Positions 33,973 to 47,937 of a stretch of DNA of 64,000 nucleotides are shown piece after piece; positions within the stretch are counted from its first letter, which is position 1; every line of letters starts with the position of its first letter. Made by a program: the position numbers and the translations under genes. This DNA is from Heptranchias perlo (Eukaryota): NCBI RefSeq assembly GCF_035084215.1, contig NC_090338.1, positions 8,122,001-8,186,000 of the forward strand. Reading direction: 5' to 3'. The notes under the pieces are model-generated. The model worked only from the letters and a program-made list of their open reading frames with translations. It ran no database searches and was not told the origin of the DNA.

Positions 33973-36900
33973 TTCATTGTATCTTCGTACGTACAACACA
34001 GGAGGAGACCATTCTGCCCATCACGTCTATGCTGGCTCTTTGAAAAAGCTATCCAATTGGTCCCATTCCCCTGCTCTTTCCCCATAGTTCTGTAAATTTT
34101 TTACCTTCAAGTATTTTTTAAATTGCTTCTGAAAGTTACAATTGAAGCTGCTTCCACCACCCTTTCAGGTAGTGCATTCCAGATCTTTAAACTCTCTGCG
34201 TAAAAAAATGTTTCCTGATGTGGCCTCTGGCTCATTTGTCGATCACATTAAATCCGTGTCCTGTGGTTACCGACTCTACTGGCACTGGAAACAGTTTCCC
34301 CTTATTTACTCTGTCAAAACCGCTCATGATTTTGGACACCTCTGTCAAGTCTCTCCTTAACCTTCTCTGCTCTGAGGAGAACAACTTCAGCTTCTCCAGT
34401 CTCTCCACATATGCGAAATCCCTCATCCCTGACACCAATCTAGTAAATCTCTTCTGTACCCTCGCTAAAGCCTTGACATCCTGCCTAAAATGTGATGCCC
34501 AGAATTGAAAACAATACTCCAGCTGAGGCCTAACCATTGTTTTATAACGGTTTTACATAATGTCCTTGCTTTTATACTTTATGCCTCTATTAATAAAGCC
34601 CAGGATCACATATACTTTTTAAGAGCCGACTCAACTTGTCCTGCCAACTTCAAAGATTATTGTTTGTGCACCCCCCGGTCCCTCTGTTCCTGCACCCCCT
34701 TTAACATAAGTTTATATTACCTCGCTTTATTCTTCCCACCAAAATGCAACGCTTCACATTTCATCTGCCATGCATTTTCCCATTTAACCAGTCTGTTCTA
34801 TGTCCTCCTGAAGTCTGTTGCTATCTTCTACGTTGTTTACTACATTTTCGAGTTTCGTGTCATCAGCAAACGTTGAAGCTGTACCCTCCATACTCAATTC
34901 CAGGTCGTTAATAAATATCAAAACAGCAGTGGTCCTAATACTGAACCCTGGGAACACAGCTGCATATTTCCCTCCACTCTGAAAAACAACTGTTCACCAC
35001 AACTCTCTGGTTTTCGTCCCCTTGCCAATTCTGTATCCGCACTGCTACTGTCCTTTCAATCCGATGGGTTTTAATCTTGCTAACAAGTTTATTATTTGTT
35101 ACTCTATCAAATGCCTTTTGAAATTCCATATATACAACATCAACCGCATTACGCTAATCAACCCTCTCCGTTACTTCATCAACGGTCTCAATCAAGTTAG
35201 TCAAACACGATTTTGCTTTAAGAAATCAGTGCTGACTTTCATTTATTAGGCTATACTTTTCCAAGTGCTGAATTATTTTGTCCCGGATTATTATCTCCAG
35301 AAGTTTTCGCACCACCAACATGAGGTGGACTGGCCTGTAATTGCTGAGTTTATCCTTCTCCCCTTTTTTGAACAGGAGTGTAACAGTTGCAGCCCTCCAG
35401 TCCTCCAGCACCATCCCCATTTCTGAGGAGGATTGGAGGATTCTGGACAGAGCGTCTGCAATTTCCACCTTTACTTCCTTCAGGAACCTTGGATGCATCC
35501 CATCTGGACTGGATGACTTTTCTACTTTGATTACTGCCAATCTTTTAAGTATCCCCTCTTTTCAATTTTTATCCTGTGACATATCGCTACATGCTCCTCC
35601 TTTACTGCTACAATGGCAGTATCCTCTTCTCCAGTGAAGGCAGATGCTAAGTCTTGATTTAGTGCCTCTGCCTCCACAAGAAGATTTCCTTTTTTGTCCA
35701 TAATCAGTCCCACGCTTCCTTTTACTACCTTTTTACTATTGATACGTTTATAAAATATTTTTGGCTCCCTTTTCTGTCAGCTGCTAATCAATTGTCATAA
35801 TCTTTCCTTGCCCTTCTTATACCCTTCTAGAGATGTCATCTGCATTTTCTGTATCCAACCTGGTTCTCTACTATATTATCAACCTTACATTTGTCATAAG
35901 ACTCCTTTTTCTGTTTAACTTTAATGTCTATACCTTTGGGGAGCTCTCGCTTTCGATGTCCTTCCTTTCCCCCTCTTGGGCATGTGAATACTCTGTACCG
36001 GAACCAACTCCTTCTTAAATGCCATTGTTTAATTAATGGTTTGCCGAACAATTTTTGATTCCAATCCATCTGGTCAAGATCCCCTCTTAAGTCACTGAAA
36101 TCTGCCATCCTCCAGTTAAGCATTTTCACATTGATTATTCCTCGTCCTTTTCCATAACTATTCTAAACCTGATGATATTATGATGACTGTGCCCCCAGAT
36201 GCTCTCCCACTGAGATGTACTCCAACTTTCCCACTTCATTCCCCAGATCTAGATCCAGCATTGTTTCCTTCCTGGTTGGAATGGAAACACACTATTCCAG
36301 AATGTTCTCTTGGACGCATTTCAGGAATTCCTCCCCCTCTTGTTCCTATACACGGTTACTGTTCCAGTCTATATTGGGATAATTGAAGACCCCCATTATT
36401 AGTACACAATAATTCTTGCATCTTTCTGTAACTTGCCTGCAAATGTTCTTCTCTATCTCCTTCCCACTATTTGGTGGCCTATAGTATACACCGAGTAACC
36501 TAATAGCTCCTCCATTTTTCCATAATTCTAATCAAGTAGATTCTTTCTTTGCCCCCAAAACTACATCACCCCTTTCCATTGCATAATAGTTTCTTTGATT
36601 AATACTGCTACCAGTCCCTCCTTTCTTTTCTTCCCTATCTTTCCTGAATACCTATTAGCAGGGAATATAAAGTACCCAATCCTCCCTTTCTTTGAGACAA
36701 GTCTCTGTTATTGTCACTATAACATAGCCCGATGTGGCGACTTGAGCCTGAAGCTCCCAAGCCCTATTTACCATGCTACATGCATCTACGCACATGCAAT
36801 TGCCCAGGTATGTCTTGTCCACAAGAAGCAGGACAAATCCAATCTATCCAATTCCCACCACATCAGTCAACTCTCAATCATCAGCAAAGTGATGGAAGGT

Positions 36901-38546
36901 TTCATCGACAGTACAAGCAAGCAGCACTTACTCACCAATAACCTGCTTACCGATGCTAAGTTTGGGTTCCGCCAGAGCCTCTCGGCTCCAGACCTCATTA
37001 CAGTCTTGGTCCAAACTTGGACAAAAGAGCTGAATTTCAGAGGTGAGGTGAGAGTGACTGCCCTTGACATCAAGGCAGCATTTGACTGAATATGGCACCA
37101 AGGTGCCCTCGTAAAATTGAAGTCAATGCGAATCAGGGGGAAAACTCTGCAGTGGCTGGAGTCATAACTAGCACAAAGGAAGAGGAAGTGGTTTTTGGAG
37201 GCCTAATATTTCAGCCCCAGGTCATGCTGCAGGAGTTCTTCAGGGCAGTGTCCTAGGCCCAACCATCTTCAGCTGCTTCATCAATGACCTTCCGTCCATC
37301 ATAAGGTCAGAGTTGGGGATGCTTGCTGACGATTGCACAGTATTCAGTTCCAATCGCAATCCCTCAGATAATGAAGCAGTCCATGCCCGCATGCAGCAAG
37401 ACCTGGAAAACATCCAGGCTTGGGCTGATACGTGGCAAGTAACATTTACTCCTGACAAGTGTCAGGCAATGACCTTCTCCAACAAGAGAGAGTCTAACCA
37501 CCTCCCCTTGACATTCAACGGCATTCACCATCGCCGAATCCTCCACCATCAACATCCTGGGGATCACCATTGACCAGAAACTTTACTGGACCAGCCACAT
37601 AAATACAGTGGCTAAAAAGGTGGGTCAGAGGCTGGGTATTCAGTGGCGAGTGACTCATCTCCTGACTCCCCAAAGCCTTTCCACCATCTACAAGGCACAA
37701 GTCAGGTGTGTGATGGAATACTCTCCACTTGCCTGGATGAATGCCGCTCCAACAACACTCAAGAAGCTCAACACCATCCAGGACAAAGCAGCCCGCTTGA
37801 TTGGCACCCCATCCACCACCCTAAACATTCTCTCACTTCACCACCGGCGCAACGTGGCTGCAGTGTGTACCATCCACAGGATGCACTGCAGCAACTCGCC
37901 CAGGCTTCTTTGACAGCACCTCCAAATCCTGCGACCTCTATCATCTTGAAGGACAAGGGCAGCAGGCACATGGGGCGAACACAACCTGCACATTCCCCTC
38001 CAAGTCACACACCATCCGAACTTGGAAATATATCGCCAATCCTTCATCGTTGCTGGGTCAAAATTCTGGAACTCCCTTCCTAACAGCAATGTGGTAGAAC
38101 CTTCACCCTACAGATTGCAGCGGTTCAAGAAGGCAGCTCACCAGCATCTTGTCAAGGGCAATTTGGGATGGGTAGTAAATGCTGGCCTTGCCAGCGATGC
38201 CCACATCCCATGAACGAATATAAAAAATACTCCAATCTCCTCTTCGAGTGCTTCGCATTTTCCCCTGTCACATACTTCCTATGTCTGAACTATTTTTTAT
38301 TCTAGTGCTACTTGTCCCTCCCAGTCCTCTGTGCTCCTTGTTTCTCCTCTCTAGTGTTTCGTTCTGGTGCCCACCGCCCTGCCAAATTAGTTTAAACCCT
38401 CTCGTACAGCACTAGTTAACCTCCCCGCGAGGGCATTGGTCCCAGCTCTGTTGAGGAGCAACCCATCCATTTTTAACAGATCCCGCCTGCCGCAGAACTG
38501 GGCCCAATGCCTCAGGAATGTGAATCCCACCCTCCTGCACCATTGC
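33973..38546 (-). mobile_element. Decayed CR1 LINE (copy of 15805-20292)
   Basis: VRPQLEYCFQFW..QKRFTRL, MEFQKAFDRV, SPDGMHPR; ORF1 remnant at the right end. Confidence 0.88.
36798..38227 (+). mobile_element. Nested LINE family B (copy of 18545-19971)
   Basis: IAQVCLVHKKQDKSN..ALDIKAAFD..LADDCTVFSS; same 3' end. Confidence 0.88.
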
Positions 38547-38749
38547 TACAGCCTTCTGCTGGTCTCGCTGTAATAGTATTATTCAAAGGGAAAAATATCT
38601 CTCTTCCCTGTTACATCCTCTGTCAAGCACGTTAGCTGGTATTTTATAGTGAAAACGATAGCTTCAGGATTCTTACAAATTACTCAAAATGTTTTCTAAA
38701 TATTTTTAAAGTTGCTATTAAAATTTCTGAATTGTCATTTTAAGACCTC

Positions 38750-38890
38750 ACATTGCTATTTGTGGGAGCTTGCCGTGCGAAAATTGGCTGCCGCGTTTCC
38801 TGCTTTACAACAGTGACTCCACTTCAAAAGTACTTAATTGGCTGTAACGCGCTTTGCGACGTCCAGTTATCGTGAAATGCAAGTCTTTCG
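38750..38890 (+). mobile_element. Deu-domain SINE (SacSINE1/AmnSINE1-like) 3' fragment
   Basis: CATTGCTATTTGTGGGAGCTTGCCGTGCGAAAATTGGCTGCCGCGTTTCC..ACAACAGTGACT..ACTTCAAAAGTACTT.ATTGGCTGTAA.GCGCTTTG resembles the DeuSINE 3' consensus (from recall). Confidence 0.7.
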
Positions 38891-40084
38891 TTTTAAAGTT
38901 TTCACTTGAAGGCCATCCTCTGCTAAAAGCCTGGATTTAGAATTCATCTTTTTGCACGCAGAGGTGACTCTGTGTGATGAATTTGAGCTGTGCACTCTGC
39001 AGGTTTAGTGCGTCTAATTGCTGAGGATGCATCAGTACCACTCAGTCCTGTATACTGATGGAACATCCGAGCATATTCCACTCAAAAGTTTTTCATTTTT
39101 AGATTGGATACTTAAAAGAAACAAGGCGCTCTGTGTGTCTGTGTGTGAGACAGGTGTGCGTGTTGGAAATAGATACAGAGATAGACGTCGAGGAAGCAAT
39201 ATCAAAACAGCAAGTTCAGAATGTACAGAGGTCCTTCAGAATATTATAAAGCAATGCTGCTAGAGTGGTAAATTAGCCCCGCCCCATGCATAACATGACA
39301 ATCCCTCCTTCACTTCTGACAAATGCCAGGAATCCACCAGTGAGCAAAACCTTAGGTTCAACCCATAGTTTTATGGGAAATTCTGCCACAGACAATCATG
39401 ACTGCAAGTTGCACTATCACGCCCCTAAGTAGAGCTGCATAAGCTTCAGATGTGGTGGATAATAAGAACTTAAGAACATAATAGGAGCAGGAGTAGTCCA
39501 TACGGCCCCTCGAACCTCCTCCGCCATTCAATCAGATCATGGCTGATGTTGAACCTCAACTTCACTTTGCTGCCCGATCCCCATATCTCTTGATTCCCCT
39601 AGAGTCCAAAAATCTATCTCAGCCTTGAATAGACTCAACGACTCAGCATCACCAGCCCTCTTGGGTAGAGAATTCCAAAGATTCACAGCCCTCTGAGTGG
39701 AGAAATTCCTTCTCATCTCAGTCTTAAGTGACTGACGCCTTATCCTGCGACTATGCCTTTAGTTCTAGATCCTCATACTTATGCCTACAATTTCACTGAT
39801 TCATCCTGAGGGAAGTCTATTTTGCCATGACTTTACCAGGGGTAAACAACTGGAGATCCACTGATAAATTAAAATTATTCATTAAATAAATGGCATTGAA
39901 AATGGCTCTTCTGCAGGCTCACACTGGACTCCGATCACCATTTGTACAGCCTTGCAGATAGCTTGGCGAGAATACCAAATTCATAGTGTAAAGGCACACT
40001 CAATCGCAAACATCTTTTAGAAAGGTCTTGCCAACTACAAGTGGAAGATGTAACTTGGAAACAAAATTGTAGTTTTGAGTGTTA

Positions 40085-41395
40085 AAACCACTCCGGTCAA
40101 TTTCCACCACCAAGGCAACCAATAAGCTGCCAAGCAAAGCCAAAATGACATGCTTTCTAATTGTGAGTGTTGCCTTAACCCATCTCGTTGTCCACGACTT
40201 ATCTGAAGCTTTTGACATGCTAGACCAGAATATGCTCTCCGAACATCTCTGCTGTGTTGTCATGCTCAGTGTGACTTCCCTCGGTTGATTCCACACTTAA
40301 CTATCTTCTGCTTTCTCGACAATATGCAACACTGGCTTATCTGACTGTGCCCGCCTTGCTACCTCTTTTGGACTGCAAGGATCAACCTTTTCCCCTTACT
40401 GTTCATTAACTACATACTAATTATTGGTGACATCATCCATAGAAATGGGGTCAGCTTCCACATATTATGTTGTCGACAACCAGATATACATTTCCACCAA
40501 CGGTCTCGATCACTAAACTGCCTCGATGCAGCTGGATTGCTTGACGGACATTCAGTCTGGGATGAGCTGGAATTTCCTCGACTCAAACATTGGGAAGACG
40601 AAAGGCGTCGACGGTATGCTCCAGCTGCAAACTCGGTATCCTTGCAATTAATTCCATCTCCATGCTTAGTCATTGTCTCAGGCAGAATTAAACTGTTCAC
40701 AACCTCTGCATTCTATTCTACCAGAGCTCTGCTTCAAATCTGCTTCCCCCTCACAAAGACTGTCTGTTTCCACATTCATAACTTCACCCACTACTGCCCC
40801 TACCTTAGTCCACCTGTTGATGAAACCCTCATCCGTGCCTTTATCAGCTCCAGACTCAACTATTGCAGTGCTCTTCTGGGCGGCCTCTATTCCTCCACAC
40901 CCCATGATATTCAGCTCATCTAAAACTTTGCGACCCATATCCTACCTCAGGTACAGCTCACCCATGATGCCGTTGCCGATGATCTCCATTGACCCCTCGC
41001 CCACGACGCCTCAAATTTTAAATTCTCATCCTAATGTTCAACTTTCTTCATGGCGTCCCTCTTCCCTATTGCTGCAACCTCCTTCACCTCTACAATCTCC
41101 ATCCCAGGATATACATTGCACCGACTCTGGCCTCCATTTCAGACCCTTCCCTTCACCCATGCCCCCACTACCATTGCGGCTGTGCCTTCAGCCACCTCGG
41201 TCCAACATTCCGAAAGTGCATCACTATGTCCCCCTATCTCTGCTCCTCCAAGATCCTCACGAAACCTCACCTTTTTGTCCAACTTTTGATCACACCTTCT
41301 AGTTGCCACTTCTTTGTCTCAGCCACCATTTTTAACGATTATGCCCTCGGACATTTTGCATGAAAAACGCCTAATAAAGGCAGGGTGTTGCTGTT
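40085..41395 (+). mobile_element. Decayed L2 LINE (unit 2 copy)
   Basis: DLSEAFDMLD and ETLIRAFISSRLNYCSALLGGL (L2 'ETLIHAFVTSRLDYCNSLL'). Confidence 0.75.
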
Positions 41396-43763
41396 CACCT
41401 TTCCTATTCTTCAGAACAGTTTACTAATATAAATAACACCACACCAAGCTTTGATTTTCAACACTTGTGCCTGTGACTCCACTTCTAAATATAAATATAA
41501 CTATCCGCTCTTATGATCGTAGTCTTATACTTTGCGTTCCCTTGACAAACTCAAAGACTTACAGATCCCAGTTCAAGTACAGAACATACGCATCCAGACA
41601 TTGAACGTCAATGTGACCTTGATAATAATCATTTGATCACAACCCAGATGACTTGCTTATCACGTCAGTGTCATCAAATAATATGTCACCTCTGTACGCG
41701 ATGTTTCAATAGAGATGACACCGTGTTAATGATTGAAAGCCATAGTTACTTGCATTGAGCGTCTGTGTGATGTTTAATAGGCTATCCGATACCACCAAAG
41801 AGCTCCAAAATATGTACTGTATTGTACGTGGATCAGTTGAAATCGTCAGATGAAGGGATTTCATTTGAGCACTAAATATTGTGGAATTGTGAATGCGTTT
41901 ATGAAGAATGGGCTTACAACTAAACGCACATGGGACATTTTCACCGTTGTTCGTGATCTCAGTAAAAATACCAAAGAGGCATCTTCAAAAGCCTACTCAT
42001 GATATTTTTAACATTGATTTAACAATAAGGATATATACGTATTGAACATACAACGAATGAAAAAGGACAATCATTTCAGGGATAATTTTGAACTGGTTGT
42101 GCAACCGTAATGGAAGGTTACTTTTGTTAATCTAAATTTTCAATTAAAACTCTCTGCAAAGCTGAAGGATTGACATGTTGTGAACAGTGGAGGATGCAGT
42201 CTTAGCCCGAAGCTTAATCTGTGAACAGAAAAGCGAATAGCACTAAATTTACGCTTTGTCAATTGGGCGCAAACTGCGCCCGAAAATTGGGCTGGCTGGA
42301 TTAACATAAATGCATTAACATAATCACAATTATAAAATGTTCCAAGAATCAGTGCAATCCGGCAGTTTAACAGAGCGCAATCGTTCATTATTTTTTGCAA
42401 TAAAATTATTAATGTATGTATTTAAGATGTGTCTAAGAGTGGTAACCTGGCGCAGTTTTATTAATATTAAAATGTAAAACTTTTCAAACGTGCCTACTAT
42501 TGTGCCTGCGCATCAGAAACCCTTCAAAAAGTTTTCATAATTCTGCTTGACATCTCTTTCAGAACATACTTTACAGCCTCTGCTGTTTTTGAAGGGCCCA
42601 ACATAGAGAGTGGAAAAGTCTGCGCTGCAGTTTCCGCCTCAATGACTCAGAACATCTAAATTAATGAACGCACTTTCTGGTCTCTATAGCTGAGAATCAG
42701 ATTTTTGTCACAGCAATATACACAATTCTTCGTCACACTTTCAGTCACAAAATCAGAGCGCTCGTGGCAATTATCGCAAAGAGAAGACGAGGTGTATGGA
42801 CATCTTTAGCAGTCCATTGCGCTGATATAGATTGAAATGTAACGAACAAATGGCACTATTTTTTGGTGTTGGTGGTAATGTATCGACGTTTTCTTTGGGT
42901 CTTGGAAATAACGAAAATACACATGGAGCCAAAATAGCTCCCCAGCTCGAAGTTTCGGATTCAGTCTCTCCTACAAGATTGGGGATCGGACGACTATAAA
43001 GTTCTTAGCCTGAACATAAACCAGTCAAGTCAACTTGCCAAAGACGCACGATGCTCACCTGTTATTATCTGACTGGAAGAAAGTCATTCTGCCAGTGGAA
43101 CAAGCATGCTATCTAGTTATGTGATGTTTTCGTCGACTGAAACCACTTTTTTATATTTTGCATTACTGCACTTGTTCCGAAGGTAAAGTACAACCACATT
43201 TTGCTAATAATTAACTTCGTGCAAAATTATTGTGAGGAAAATGTCTCTGTAATGCATAACCTTAATTAAAATTAAAACACATTCTTCGAAAGCTACAATG
43301 TTAGCTAGAATTATCCTCGCAAAACGTATATTGAACGCATCTATTATACAAATGCACTCATTTCATACAGATATTGACAAATTTATTCAGACCTTGCATG
43401 GTGCTGCTGCAGTGTCAGTAATTTCGCAGATCTATGATTAGGATGTTACGACAGGTAATGTATCGGTTGCGTCAGGTAAATTGTAAGTGCTAGTGAGTAA
43501 TAATAGACAGTCTATGACTGTCAGGATGGCAATATGGCGATAAGCCATCAGCGACTATTGGTGACGTGGAAGATGACACCAGGAACCGCAGAATTTCGAC
43601 GGCATATGGTACGTTAAATCGACTTTAAGAATAACACGACAAAATAAAAGAATATTTTCATGCGTGCTCGTCAGGATAATTTTAATTGTACACTCGTAAA
43701 TATAACTTTCGGCACATTATAAAGAATTTCGAAACAGTCGAGCTTCAAGAATAGTTGTTGAAG

Positions 43764-43802
43764 GTACTGGCTGAGGTTCTTCGTGTCACTGTCTACCAAT
43801 GA
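43764..43802 (+). promoter_or_regulatory. Degenerate cPcdh CSE of stub A3 (CACT at 43787-43790)
   Basis: GTACTGGCTGAGGTTCTTCGTGTCACTGTCTACCAATGA. Confidence 0.75.
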
Positions 43803-44048
43803 GGAGATGAGAAGGTGCAAGAGATCGAGCCCTTCCTCCACCAGGGAAACACAGAACAGAATCGAAGAAGCAGACCATGCCTGGTTTTATGCTGTATGAC
43901 CGTGTTCAGAAAAGCTGAGTCTTTGCATTTCTCGGTTCAATATTAATACGTAGATATATATTCGAATAATTGTTGTGGCATAAGACATGAGTTAATATAA
44001 TCGATTTGTAAATATTTCAATATTTGCAACAAATCCAAGCCCAGAACT

Positions 44049-44234
44049 ATGGCGAATAAAATTAGCGTCATTTATTTTCCTGCTTTCTGTGTCGGAGCTG
44101 GTTTCGGGACAGAGTCGCTTCTCGATTCCCGAGGAACTGGATCATGGAACCTTTGTTGGGAATATCACCGAGTATTTAGTACTAAACGTTTGGGAATTAT
44201 TGACTGGTCTCTTCTAACAGGCGACAATACATGG
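44049..44234 (+). pseudogene. Protocadherin 5' stub A3
   Basis: Same deletion junction as A2, plus an extra small deletion that frameshifts the signal peptide after MANKIS. Confidence 0.92.
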
Positions 44235-44782
44235 GTGTTTAAGAGAGAGATAGACGCAGAGATACATGTCCAGAATCAATCATCAAACGTAAAATTCAGA
44301 ATGTTATAAGGTAATGCTTCTAGAATGGGGAATTATCCGCCCCATTAACTCCCCATGCCCATGCATGCCATGACCTTGCTTCCTTCTCTTCTGAAAGATG
44401 TCTGGAAACCACCAGCGAGACAAACCTCATGTTCTACCCATATTTGTATACATATCTGCAACACACTCCATGTGACGCATACATTGATGACTGCAGTTGC
44501 ACCACCATGGCCCTAGATAGAGCTACATAAACTCCAGAAGTTTTGGATCTTCATAACTATGGGTTCAATATTCTGAATGCACTCTGAGGGAAGATGGATT
44601 TGCCCTGACTTTGCCTGGGCAAATCAACTGGATATCCATTACTAAATTAAAATAATTGATCAAACAAGCTGTTTGGAACGATAATCCGGGACAACATTAA
44701 TAGTCACGTGGACAAGTGTGGATTAATGATATTTTCAACATTGATTTGAGAGCAAAAAATTAATATATCTTGAACATAAAAG

Positions 44783-46526
44783 GATGGCGGTGTCCAGCAC
44801 GTGAGTGCAAAAGACAAGGCAGATGCGTTTGCAACATCTTCAGCCAGAAATGCCGAGTGGATGATCCATCTCAGCCGCCTCCCGAGATCCCCACCATCAC
44901 GGAAGCCAGTCTTCAGCCAAATCGATTCACTCCACGTGATGTCAAGAAACGGCTGAGTGCACTGGATACAGCAAAGGCAATGGGCTCCGACAACATCCCC
45001 GCTGTAGTGCTGAAGGCTTGTGCTCCAGAACAAGCTGCGCCCCAGCCAAGTTGTTCCAGAACAGCTACAACACTGGTATCGACCTGACAATGTGGAAAAT
45101 TGCCCAGGTATGCCCTGTCCACAAAAAGCAGGACAAATCCAATCTGACCAATTACTGCCCCATCAGTCCACTCTCGATCATCAGCAAAGTGATGGAAGGT
45201 GTCATCGACAGTGTAATCAAGCAGCACTTACTCACCAATAACGTGCTCACCGATGCTCAGTTTGGGTTCCATCAGGGCCACTCGGCTCCAGACTCATAAC
45301 AGCCTTGGTCCAAACATGGACAAAAGAGCTGAATTCCAGAGGTGAGGTGAGAGTGTTTGCCCTTGACATCAAGGCAGCATTTGATCGAGTGTGGCACCAA
45401 GGAGCCCTCCTAAAATTGAAGTCAATGGGAATCAGGGGGAAAATTCTCCAGTGGCTGGTGTCATACCTAGCACAAAAGAAGATGGTAGTGGTTGTTGGTG
45501 GTCAATCATCTCAGCCCCAGGACATTGCTGCAGGAGTTACTTAAGGCAGTGTCCGATGCCCAACCATCTTCAGCTGCTTCATCAATGACCTTCCCTCCAT
45601 CATAAGGTCAGAAATAGGGATGTTCGCTGGTGACTGCACAGTGTTCAGTTCCATTTGCAACCCCTCAAATAATGAAGCAGTCCGAGCCCCCATGCAGCAA
45701 GACCTGGACAACATCCAAGCTTGGGCTCATAAGTGGCAATTAACAATCGCGCCAGACAAGTGCCAGCTAACGACCATCTCCAACAAGAGAGAGTCTAACC
45801 ACCTCCACTTGACATTCAACGACATTACCATGGCCGAATCCCCCACCATCAACATCCTGGGGGTCACCATTGACCAGAAACTTAACTGATCCAGCCATAT
45901 AAATACTGTGGCCACAAGAGCAGGTCAGAGGCTGGGTATTCTGCGGCGAGTGACGCACTCCCTGACTCCTCAAAGCTTTTGCGCCATCTACAAGGCACAA
46001 GTCAGGAGTGTGATGGAATACTTTCCACTTGCCTGGATGAGTGCAGCTCCAACAACACTCAAGAAGGTTGACACCATCCTGGACAAAGCAGCCCGCTTGA
46101 TTGGCACCCCATCCACCACCCTAAACATTCACTCCGTTCACCACCTGCGCAACGTGGCTGCAATGTGTACCATCCACAGGATGCATTGCAACAACTCGCC
46201 AAGGCTTCTTCGACAGCACCTCCCATACTCGCGACCTCAACCACCTAGAAGGACAAGAGCAGCAGGTACATGGGAACAATACTAACTGCACGTTCCCCTC
46301 CAAGTCACACACCATCCCGACTTGGAAATATATCGCCGTTCCTTCATCGTCGCTGCGTCAAAATCCTGGAACTCCCTTCCTAACAGCACTGTGGGAGAAC
46401 CTTCACCACACGGACTGCAGTGGTTCAAGATGGCGGCTCACCACCACCTACTCAAGGGCAATTAGGGATGGGCAATAAATGCAGGTCTCGCCAGCGATGC
46501 ACACATCCCATGAACGAATAAAAAAA
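44783..46526 (+). mobile_element. LINE family B at the unit 2/3 junction (copy of 26425-28116)
   Basis: WKIAQVCPVHKKQDKSN..FALDIKAAFDRVWHQG..YKAQVRSVMEY; same 3' end. Confidence 0.9.
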
Positions 46527-47259
46527 TTATATATTCTCAACATTGATTTAGGAGCAAAAAATTAATATATCTTGAACCGCTGCAGCCCCCCACACCCACC
46601 ATTGCTTCCAAACTCGAGCAGCCCCACTGCAGCGCCATCAAGTCCCCAGCGCTCCCAAATCCCAGTGCGAGGAAAGCCAAGGACAGCACCCGTTGTCTCA
46701 AAAGCACTGGTCCTCTCGAAGTGCAACTTAACCTCATTCTCCCACCTCTATACTGCTAAGTACAAGGTAGATGAAGTGGTGGCAAAAAAAATGGGCGGTA
46801 GAGGTTCGGCCGTCTATTATTCTGCAGCCAGATTTTGTTTTCCATTGACTTCATTTGGTATCGAGTTTGAGACATCTGTCTATTAGATATATAAGGATCG
46901 CCCCCCCTCAGACCCTTATTGACACATAAATATATATACAGTTTTCTCACAATAATTGACAGAGTTCTAGAATTCATTCCCCAAAGCAGCAGTAAAAATC
47001 CGAGAATACATTAAAAAAATGGAATTTGACTTATTTGGTCAGTGACCCCGATGTTAATTCCTCGATGCCATAAACGGCCCCTATTAACAAACTTTTAGAA
47101 CATCCTCTACGGCCTATCGTATCATTGGAGGGCTGAGCATGGCGAGTGTTGCAGTTTACTCTGCAGTTTCATTCACGATCATTCACTATAATTCTGAATG
47201 ATAGGATAGTCTACCTAATTAGTAGTCACTATGGCTCAGAATCAAATTTTTGCCTCAAC

Positions 47260-47937
47260 TATACCAGCGATGAAGGACTTCAGTTATGTGGAGCGATTGG
47301 AGAAGCTGGGATTGTTCTCCTCAGAGCACCGAAGGTTAAGGGGAGATTTGATAGAGGTGTTCAAAATTATGAGGCGATTTGATAAAGTAAGTAAGGGGAA
47401 GCTGTTTCCGTTGGCAGGAGGGTCAGTAACCGGCGGACACCGATTGAAGACAATGATTAAAGAACCTAGTAGTGATGCTTAGGCAGCGAGTTGTTATGAT
47501 CTGGAATGCACTGCCAGGAAAGGGCGGTGGAAGCAGATTCAATAGTAACTTTCAAAAAGGAATTGGATATATATGTTCAAAATTATGAGGGATTTTGATG
47601 AAGTAAATAACTGGAAACAGATTCCTGTGGCAGAAGGCTCGGTAACCAGGGGACACAGATTTAAGGCAATGGCTAAAGAACCAGGTGGAGATGAGGAGAT
47701 TTGTTCAGGCAGCGAGTTGTTATGATCTGAAATGCACGGCCCGAAAGTGTGGTGGAAGCAGATTCAACAGTAACTTTCAAAAAGGAATTGGATAAATACT
47801 TGAAGAGGAAAAAAAACCTTGCAGGTCCATGAGGAAAGAATGGGGGAGTGTAATTTATTGTTCGTTCTTTCATAGTACGGACTCAAGAATGAAAGGCTGA
47901 ATGACCTCCTTCTGTGCTGTATGAACCTATGATTCTA
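47260..47937 (+). mobile_element. CR1 3' fragment with internal duplication (unit 3 copy)
   Basis: MKDFSYVERLEKLGLFSSEHRRLRGDLIEVFKIM. Confidence 0.85.

Larger units (their letters stand above)
28175..46585 (+). repeat. Tandem segmental unit 2 (18,411 bp)
   Basis: Colinear, highly similar copy of 10011-28174. Confidence 0.95.

Noticed and set aside
40673-41302. 209-aa Pro/Ser-rich ORF and similar ORFs at 22588, 59221 and 9936
   Set aside because: Off-frame readings of decayed L2 or other C-rich repeat DNA; not maintained between units.
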